Position numbers and translations under genes: made by a program. Under the pieces are notes generated by a model. It ran no database searches and had not been told where the DNA came from. It worked only from the letters and a program-made list of their open reading frames with translations. Below, piece by piece: positions 50,338 through 64,000 of a stretch of DNA of 64,000 bases. The DNA is taken from assembly GCF_009914755.1 (NCBI RefSeq), contig NC_060925.1. The stretch is one strand, 5' to 3'. This stretch comes from the human T2T-CHM13v2.0 reference genome, Homo sapiens. How positions within the stretch are numbered: position 1 is the first letter of the stretch; each line of letters opens with the position of its first letter.

Positions 50338-52304
50338 TGAGTAGCTGGGATTACAGGTGCATGCCAACACACCTGGCTAATTCTTGTATTTTTAGTGGAG
50401 ACGGGGTTTCACCATGTTGGTCAGGCTAGTCTCGAACTCCTGACCTCGTGATCTGCCTACCTTGGCTTCCCAAAGTGCTGGGATTACAGGCATGAGCCAC
50501 TGTGCCCAGGCTTTTTCTTATCTTTTTTTTTTTTTTTTTTTTGAGATGCAGTCTCTTTCTGTCGCACAAGCTGGAGTGCAGTGCAGTCTTCGCTCACCAC
50601 AACCTCCACCTCCCGAGTTCAAGCAATTCTCCTGCCTCAGCCTCCTTAGTAGTTGGGATCACAGACGCATACCACCACACCCGGCTAATTTTTGTATTTT
50701 TAGTAGAGAAGGGGTTTCTCCATGTTGGTCAGGCTGGTCTTGAACTCCCAACCTCAGGTGATCAGCCCGCCTCGGCCTCCCAAAGTGCTGGGATTACAGG
50801 CGTGAGCCACCGCACCCGGCCTAATTTTTGTATTTTTAATAGAGATGGGGTTTTCCCATGTTGGCCAGGCTGGTCTGGAACTCCTGACCTCAAGTAATTC
50901 ACCCCCTTTGGCTTTCCAAAGTGCTGGGGTTACAGGCCTGAGCCACTGTGCCTGGCCCTGGATAATTTTTTTATTTTTTATTTTTTTTGTAGAGACAGGG
51001 TCTTGCCATGTTGTCCAGGCTGGCCTTGAACTTCTGGACTGAAAAGCAAGCCTCCTTCCTTAGCCTCCCAAAGTGCTGGGATTACAGGTTTGAGTCACCA
51101 CGCCCAGCCTGTATCTTTAAATGTTTTAAACAGTTAAATTAAATGACCATTCTCCCCAGAGGGACATCACCCCCACTTTTTAGGAGAGTACCCAATGCAC
51201 ATTTGGATATTCTTTTCTATAAATTGAAGACCTTAGAATTGAAATTAGTATTTACTGATTTACCTTACTTAATAACTTGAGAGCCACTTAATAGCAGAGT
51301 ACATGTCATGAAGGGGTCTCTGATTTGATTTATTCAGGGATGGGGTGGAGTATGAGGCCTTGGCAGAGTGTTACTCTAGAGATATCACAGCTGCCCTCTA
51401 TTCTGTTTCTGTGTCTTTTACTCAGGAGATGATGACCTCCAGAGAAAAGAGTAAAATAGTAAACATGTTTCATATTTCACCTGAGCTCAGCTTTCCTCCC
51501 ATAACTGTCCAGAGGCATTCAGAACGCAAGTCAGGCCCACCCCACTGCTTTGTCTAAAACGCTTTATGGGTGGTGGTATTTCTTTCTTGGTATTTTTGTC
51601 TGTCTTATCTCTATCAGTTGATGGCTTGTTCACCAAGAATTTCCTACTTCTTCCCTTTAGAGACTGTTGAAAGCATGGCTCTCCTGACTGGATGTTGGTG
51701 GCAGTGAAGTTTTGTTCAAACGTGGCACTAGTAAATGAAGTGTGTCTCCCTAACGAGATCAGTTTGGTCTTATGTGCCTTTGAATAAGGTGTAGAAGGGA
51801 TGAGAATGATCTCAATTTCTAGGTTAGCAGAACTGTGATACATACATAATTTTATTCCTTGACTGTATTGTTAATATTTGATAAACTGATTTTTAAAATT
51901 ATTGTTCCTTCTTGTGAACAGAATGGAGATTGAAGAGGAAGCGTGAAAGTGTGTTTATTCATTTAACAAGTACAAAGTGTCCACTCTGTGGCTAAACGCA
52001 AAGCACTGAAGATGAAATGGAGAACAAATCAGATGTGGTCTCTGGTTCATTTTGTAGCCTCCTGGGTTTGGTATCCTGAATTGTTAAACTTATTTAGTTA
52101 ACTCTTTTTTGTTACCTAACAGTCATCGAATGTAGCATTATCTAATCTGGAAAAGCATGCTGTCTTCTCAGCAGAGTAGAGACTTCGTCCTGAGGCCTGG
52201 TTAGAGGGATAAGGAGCGCAGGCTCACATGGAGTCAGTTCTCGGGAACTTTTCCCATTCTTTTAAGATAAGAAAATCTCAGTAGACACATTTCAGTGAAG
52301 TCCA

Positions 52305-55870
<3,566 letters not shown>

Positions 55871-55906
55871 ACTTTTTTTAATTTTTATTTTATTCTTATG
55901 TTTTGA

Positions 55907-56011
<105 letters not shown>

Positions 56012-57653
56012 TGAGTAGCTGGGATTACAGGCGCCTGCCACCACGCCTGGCTAATTTTTGTATTTTTAGTAGAGATAGGGTTTCACCATGTTGACCAGGC
56101 TGATCTCGAACTCCTGACCTCAGGAGATCTGCCCACCTCTGCCTCCCAAAGTGCTGGGATTGCAGGCATCAGCCACTGCACCCAGCCTCACATTTATTTT
56201 ATTTTATTTTTTGAGATGGAGTCTTGCTCTGTCACCCAGGCTGGAGTGCAGTGGTGTACAGGCAGCTGCCACCACACCTGGCTACTTTTTGTATATTTAG
56301 TAGAGATAGGGTTTCGCCATGTTGGTCGGGCTGGTCTCGAACTCCTGACCTCAGGTGATCCACCCACTTCAGTCTCCCAACGTGCTGGGATTACAAGTGT
56401 GAACCACCACGCCTGGCTCACATTTATTTATTTTTTATTTTGGAGACAGATAACGTGCTTTGTCACCCAGGCTGGAGTGCAGTGGCACAAACATGGCTCA
56501 CTGCATCTTCAACCTCCCAGGCTCAAGCAATCCTCCTGCCTCAAGTCTCCCAAGTAGCTGGGACTGTGGGCATGCACCACCATGCCTGGCCTTAAATTTA
56601 TGGTCAGTTGGTTTTTGAAAAGGGTGAAAAACCAAATGAGTTTTTAGATGTATGGTCAGTTGGGTTTTTTAAAAAATTATTATGATTATTATTTTGAGAC
56701 GGAATTCAGCTTTTGTCACCCAAGCTGGATCGCAATGGCACAATCTAGGCTCACTGCCACCTCCGCCCCCCAGGTTCAGTCGATTCTCCTGCCTCAGCCT
56801 CCCAAGTAGCTGGGATTACAGGTTCCTGCTGCCACACCCAGCTAATTTTAGTATTTTTTTTAGTAGAGAGGGGGTTTAACCATGTTTGCTGGGCTGGTCT
56901 TGAACTCCTGACCTCAGGTGATCCACCTGCCTTGGCCTCTCAAAGTGCTGAGTGGGGTTACGGTCGTGAGCCCAGCCCCCTTTTTTTTTTTTTTTTTTTT
57001 AAGACGGAGTCCTGCCTTGTTGCCCAGGCTGGAGTGCACTGGCGTGATCTTCGCTCACTACAACTTCCACCTCCTGGGTTCAAGTAATTCTCCCTGCCTC
57101 AGCCTTCTGAGTAGCTGGGATTACAGGTGCCTGCCACCACATTTGACTAATTTTTGTATTTTTAGTAGAGACGGGGTTTTGCCATGTTGGCCAGGCTGGT
57201 CTCAAACTGCTGACCCCAGGTGATGTGCCTGCCTCGGCCTCCCAAAGTACTAAGATTACAGGCGTGAGTCACTGCACCAGGCTTCAATCGGGTTTTGACC
57301 GTAAATGTAAGGATAAATTTTTTTAAACACAATTGTGTTTTAAGTAAAACGCATCTGTTTTCAAGATCAAGGACCATTGATCTGCTTGGTAATTAGACAA
57401 GTAGTTTGAGTCAAGAAGGCTTGGGCTTCTGAAAAGGATGATGGGCTTGTGCTACCCTCTCAAGTGTCTCTGCAGAACAGTTTGAAAACAAATTCTTTCT
57501 CCTAGTGACAGAATTATATCTGAAATCAATTCAAAAGGCTGTTTGAAATTCTGTCCTTGTGCCAGGCGTGGTGGATCACGCATGTAATCCCAGCACTTTG
57601 GGAGGCCGAGGTGGGCGGATCACGAAGTCAGGAGATCGAGACCATCCTGGCTA

Positions 57654-57839
<186 letters not shown>

Positions 57840-59862
57840 TCAAAAAAAAATAAATAAATAAAAATAAAATAAAATAAATACATAAATAAAATAATTAGTT
57901 TCAATTCATGTTAAAGAGGAGGCTCCGGGAATGGGAGTCGGGGGGCGTCACAGTATTGCAGCTCTTGAGTGCACTTGTCAATTCTGGTAAGCTTAATATG
58001 TGCAGAATTGTTAAGTTTGGCTCTGTTTGTATTTACATGGCAGCTTTTCTTCATCTTAATGAAAATTAGCTTCTTAGTTTTCTAGTTTCTGAGTGTTGAA
58101 ATGAGTGTTTCCTTTTCCACTAACTTGTTGCCCTTTTTTATTCTTTTAAAGTCTGATAATATCCACCTGTTGTGTAAGTCATCTGGATGGATTTTTATTT
58201 CTGACCCAAGTTAAAATAGAATGTTAGACAGTCTGTTACTAGGCAGACATAGATAGATATCCCTGAACTTGTGACAGAAATAAAGGTCTCCATTTGGCAA
58301 GAGTGAACCCAGAGAACCCCAAAATAATGCTTAAGAACAACCAAAAAAACAAAATGTATTTTTATTTTTAATATTCTCATTGTAAATTGTTTGTTTATAC
58401 CTCCACCTCCCACTCCTGAATAACTTACTCCTTTATTCTGACTTCATATAGTGACACTACTGCCAAAAATAGCTCCAAATTGAAATATCTTTGACCTTGC
58501 TAGAGCTTGCAACAGTGTGATCTTTTTGGCAGGATTAAAACCGTGGGTTCTTGGCATCCTCATCTAGCAGTCTTTTACTCATCACCTTTTGTCTCTGACT
58601 TCTTATTAGTTTCTCAGTTCTCCTCTAAATTATGTCTCTAAGATTTTGCTTGTTTCCCCTGTGAGCTGGAGCTATAGCAGCTTCCTAGGCGTTTTTTGTC
58701 TTTTGGAAAGTTCTTGAAATTCAAGTATTTTATTTGAATATAACAAAAATAAATACTACCTTTCAGTTTATCTATATCTTGTCACCTTTATCAGATTGTA
58801 AACTTGGTAAGGGTGGACACTTGGCATTCATTGGTTCCATAAGTTCGTTAGTACCCCTTGTATGCCAGACACTGCTCTAGACAGGCAATATAACATAGTG
58901 GTTAAATGTGCCAACGGTGAGGCTGGGCGGGGTGGCTCACGCATGTAATCCTAGCACTTTGGGAGGCCAGGGCAGGAGGATCCATTGATCTTAGAAGTTT
59001 GAGACCAGCCTGGGCAACACAGGGAGACCCCATCTGAATGAATTAATGAATGAGCAAGTCGATCGTGGTTTGGATTTTGGCAGTATGACCTTGGGCAAGT
59101 TAATTACTTTCTCTATGCCTCAAAATTCTTATCTGTAAAACGGGATTAAAAATGCCCTCCTCAAGGATAAAATGAATTAATAAAAACACTGGTTAAGCAT
59201 TTGCTATTCTGGGCGTTGGGTATACAGCACTAAATAAAGAAAGATGAGGTTTCTGTTGTTATAGAGCTTACATTCTAATTAAAGACAGAATAACAAGTAA
59301 ACAAGATAGTTTCACATACTGAGTTTTGCTCTGAAGAAACAAATAAGATACATACTGGACCTAGAGAATGACTGGTGGCTATTTTTGACTGGGTGGTCAG
59401 GGTGAACCTCTGAGGAGATAGCTTTTGAGCTGAGATCTTCAAATTCTGAGGGGTAGGAGGGGAGAAATATTTGATTATTATTTTCCCTTCACAGACAAGA
59501 GGCAGCATTACTTGGCAGAATCTCGCTAGGCAGCAAAGTGTGATAGAATAGGCCCTGGAGTTTGGGCCTGGTTTGGCTATTAATTAGCTTTGTGATCTTT
59601 GATAGATTCCTTACTCTTACTGTCTTTGATAGACATGTACTTTAGCACTTAAAGTTTTTACTGCTGGGAAGATGTCCAAGGCGCTAATAGAGTATAAAGG
59701 AGAGAAGTATACCTTGTAGACCAGGCGTTAACCTCTCAGGGCAACTTAGAGGCGCTCTTCTTTCCTGGAGGGGGAAGAAAGGAAAAAGACTATTTGTTTC
59801 TTGGTGGGAAAATGACCCTGAAAGAAAGTTGACTCTTTATTTTTATTTTTTTTTTTTTTTGA

Positions 59863-59967
<105 letters not shown>

Positions 59968-60699
59968 TGAGTAGCTGGGATTACAGGCACCCGCCACTAC
60001 TTTTAGTAGAGATGGGGTTTCACCATGTTGGCCACGCTGGTCTTGAACTCCTGATCTCAGGTGATCAGCCCACCTCAGCCTCCCAAAGTGCTGGGATTAC
60101 AGGCGTGAGCCACCGCCCCCAGCTGACTCTTTTGTAATAAAGAGCTGGAACAAATTGATGGTTCTTTATGACTAGATGTGCCACATACTCTGTAACTAAG
60201 TTAAATTGCATGCGGTTTCTTCTCTTGGAACTAGGAAACCTGTCTCACATCTCCTCATTACTTTTATTAACAGCTGACTTTAGTCTCAAAGCTTCTTTGC
60301 TTACTGAGAAAAGACTGCATGCACCAAAATTAATAAGCACCCTCATTCTTGGTCATCTCTTACAGTATTACCCAGTTAGGGTTACATGTCAGGTTTTCCA
60401 TTTGCTGCTGTGGCTTGGTCTGTTTGGGATTTGTACTACTAAGAAATTCCTTTTGATGAAAGAGCAGAGTGGTTTTTAAAAATCAGTCATTTCATCTTTT
60501 TTTTTTTTTTAATGTTACTTTCTGTTTTTAAAGTTTATTTTATTTAAACAGTTGTTTTTTTTGTAGAGGTGGGGGAATCTTCCTATGTTGCTTAGGCTGG
60601 TCTCAAAATCCTGGCCTCAGGCCATTCCCACCTTAGCCTCTGGAGTAGCTAGGACTACAGGCCCTTACCACTACATCCAGCTAATTTTAAAAGTTTTTA

Positions 60700-61073
<374 letters not shown>

Positions 61074-61447
61074 TTAAGCAGTCCTCCTCCTACCTTGGCC
61101 TCCCAGTGCACTGGGATTACAGGCGTGAGCCACCGTGCTCAGCCACTTTCTTTTTTTTTTTTTTGGAGATAGGGTATTGCTCTTTCCTCCAGAGCTGCAG
61201 TGCAGAGGTGTGATCACAGCTCACTGTAACTTTGCACTCCCTCCTGTCTTAGCCTCTCAAATAGCTAGGACTACAGGAACGCACCACTGTGACTGGCTAA
61301 TTAAAAAAAATTTTTTTTTTTTTTTTTGTAGATATGGGGTCTTCTCAAGTTGCCCAGATTAAAAGAAATGTGTTTCTAAAATGTCCAAAGAGGTTCACAT
61401 TTGCAAAGGAACTCACTCATTTGTTCTAATGCATTTTCTTACATTAG

Positions 61448-61615
61448 GTGTAATTGAAAAGTGATCCTCTCTTCAGAGATGTCAAAAACAAACAAATCCA
61501 AGTCTGGATCTCGCTCTTCTCGCTCAAGATCTGCATCAAGATCTCGTTCTCGTTCATTTTCGAAGTCTCGGTCCCGAAGCCGATCTCTCTCTCGTTCAAG
61601 GAAGCGCAGGCTGAG
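61448..61615 (+). other. THRAP3: THRAP3 exon 3 (31 nt UTR + first 137 coding nt)
   Basis: Acceptor TTTTCTTACATTAG| at 61447, with CTAAT branch-like motif upstream. Donor GAG|GTAAGG at 61615/61616. Confidence 0.9.
61479..61615 (+). CDS. THRAP3: Thyroid hormone receptor-associated protein 3 (TRAP150), N-terminal RS domain; partial, phase-2 intron follows
   Basis: Translates [45 protein letters not shown], which I recognise as the THRAP3 N-terminus. Kozak -3 is a purine (GAGATGT). Too short to appear in the ORF track. Confidence 0.95.
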
Positions 61616-64000
61616 GTAAGGGGGTGTGACTTTGTATATTGAGATAATCATTGCATCAGTCGATGTGGATGTTTGAAGATCTTTTGTTAGACTTTTCCTG
61701 TGAGTGTCAAATGGACTGGGGGGTTGGCTTGAGGTGCAGGGTTGGGCTATAAGATATTCCAGGTCTCTTTAAACTACAAATCCAGATCAGCTTTGACTGC
61801 CATGCTGATTGCCTGATTCCTTTCCTCTGCCAGCACATAGTATTTCCCACCCACTTTGGAAGAAAGAACATTTTATTTTTATTTGAGCTGCTTGCTTCAA
61901 ATCTCTATAGCTGATTATTTTTCACCAAATTATTTTTGAAGGCTTGAACCAAAGTTTATGTGCATCACTGCAAAGAAAGGATAGCTAAGAGGATTAATAA
62001 TATGAACAACATGGCAAGGAAAAGAAGCTTCAACTCACTAAAATAAACTTACAGAAACTTATCAGGAGTAATTTGTATACAATGTGCCAATTACTAACAA
62101 GCTGCATCTGTTTAGTAAATGTATCTTAAAACTTTTTAAAAATCGCTATTGAAAACATCACTTTATCTTACTGAATATGAGCACAGTTCTTTTGAATTTA
62201 TTGCCAGTATTTCCTAATTCAGTCAGTTTTCACACCTTCAGGTGGATTTCCCTATTTTAATTATGTCTTGGAATAGGATGCCAAACCTCCAGCGTCTTTC
62301 CTCTCTTGGTGTGTTGTGAGTTGGATTTTTCATTCTTTAAAAGTGTTTAAACTTTCTTTTGTGGATAGATAAGAAGCTTTCAGTAAATAACAAGTTTCTA
62401 TATGTGAGTTTGGGAAATATTGGTGTATTTAAATTGGTGTGCTGAAGAGGAATCTTTGTACATTTTCATTCTTTTTCCCACAAGTACATTAGCAAGGAGA
62501 TGATTTGTCATGTTTGACACTTGGAACCCCTGCTGTTTATTTCAGATGAGTATCTAGAATCCTTGTCTTAGATGAATTGATTACGACATTTAAAATAAAC
62601 CTCAGAAGTCAGTGATTAAACTTTTACTCTTGATGATTTCCAGAGCCCTATAGTACTTCTAAGGGGTCTATTAAACAAAGGATTAGTAGTTTTGTTTTTT
62701 TACCATTTAACAAAAACAAGGTAGATATTAAATGGAGTCTATGAGAAGCCAGCCTGAAAAAGCAGGTATGCATAAATATTGAAAAGGGAAACCCTAAATT
62801 TATTTACCTCAGGAAATTGCTTTTAAAGCCATGGGACCAGCAAGACTCTTAGTAACTCCTACCCTGTACCCAGAATCTTGATTTAGGGAGTTTAAACCTC
62901 AGTTTTAGCTCATTTGGTTATGAAAGATACCTTTTTAAAATTTAATCTAGTAACTAGAAGAAACTAAATAATTGGTTCAACACCAAGAGGCTATGCAACC
63001 AAAACTGAGAGACAAAATTGAATTGAAAAATGTTAACCAACTCTGAAGTATTTATGACAGCTGGAATTCCGGGCAGTTCTTTTCTCCTTGTTCTGCAAAT
63101 CATTTGGCACTTGCTCACTGACTTGGCAAATGAGGAAAAAATATTTTAGGAAGGCAGTATGTGCTGGGGTAGGTCTAGAGACACTTCACATGCTATCATA
63201 TACCTAGAAGAGACTTTTCTGGAGGAATTTCTCCACTAGAAAGTATGCTTTTATAATTGATTGTAATCTGACTTCTCTGTTTTTAGAAACAGATAAATTT
63301 GCCACTGGATGTTCAGTTTTTATTTCTGGCTTATCTGTTTCATGGTTTTTTCTTTTGTTTTCCCTCTCCTGCAAGGAAAGTATCTATCCAGAGAGTTTGA
63401 GAAACCATGCCTTTAAATTAACTAACTGCTGAGTTCTACAGAATTGGAGAAAATTGATTATTTCCTTGTATTTCACAGACTGTATCCTTTTAAGTGACAT
63501 CTCTTAAATAACTTCATTTGCAATCTGCAGAGACTCATTTTCCTGCATCTGTGCAATGACTGTGAGTTTTGGATGCAGTATGCCCAGGGCCCTCACTAGT
63601 AATTGGTAACAGAAGCAGCAGTAGCCTGTGAGGATGGGAACATGAATTAAACCCTCCTTAGTGCTGGTGGTGGATCACCTCCCTCAAGCATAGCCCTTTA
63701 ATCGGGTTGTATTCACTTTCATAATCTGCATCTGCCTCTCCCTTCTTTTCTTATATTGTTACTGTTTTCAAATGAAAAGAGTGGAAGGTAAGTTTTTTTT
63801 TAATTGTACTTAATTACAATAACAACCAGCAGTAAGATATATCTTTGCCAGTTGCTCTTATTCATGGTGTAGATAAAAAAATCTGAGTACAGTGGGCAAT
63901 AAATAGTGGAAAACCAATCCCACTTTATCTTTAGATTAAATTGAATGTACTTTCTTCTTAAAAATACTGTTTTGTTTAGTTGTTAAATCCTGAAAAGAAA

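Noticed and set aside
56590-56680. Short direct repeat TATGGTCAGTTGG x2
   Set aside because: Resembles a locally duplicated L1 fragment between Alus; nothing supports a function.
61454-61642. Plus-strand 62-aa ORF overlapping exon 3
   Set aside because: Wrong frame, TTG start, and runs through the splice donor. The real frame starts at ATG 61479.
61439-61651. Minus-strand 70-aa ORF rich in RE/RD dipeptides
   Set aside because: Antisense shadow of the THRAP3 RS-domain codons.

Overview
Primate (most likely human) genomic DNA covering the 5' end of THRAP3 (TRAP150, an RS-domain splicing/mRNA-fate factor) on the + strand. The gene model is a CpG-island promoter (~3040-3900), non-coding exon 1 (ends 3393), a ~35 kb intron, exon 2 (38302-38404), a ~23 kb intron, and exon 3 (61448-61615), which carries the start codon and the N-terminal RS domain. 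The gene continues past the window. The introns hold on the order of 100 Alu copies or fragments (rough count by eye), and these explain nearly all ORFs in the supplied track. They also contain a UBE2V2 processed pseudogene split by an MLT2 LTR and two Alus, a 5'-truncated SVA with an apparent 24-nt 3' transduction, a decayed Cheshire/MER58-type hAT transposon, Tigger1, L1, L2, MIR and MLT1 remnants. No prokaryotic-type system is present. The best candidate for something undescribed is a 5'UTR regulatory module. Exon 2 is almost exactly one 31-codon uORF ending 32 nt before the main AUG, and a candidate 22-nt microexon plus an alternative acceptor could change that spacing. An Alu-free stretch of intron 3 also holds candidate poison-exon splice sites. 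These regulatory ideas are inferences from motifs and need RNA-seq/Ribo-seq to test. Repeat subfamily names are from recall of consensus sequences, not from a RepeatMasker run.
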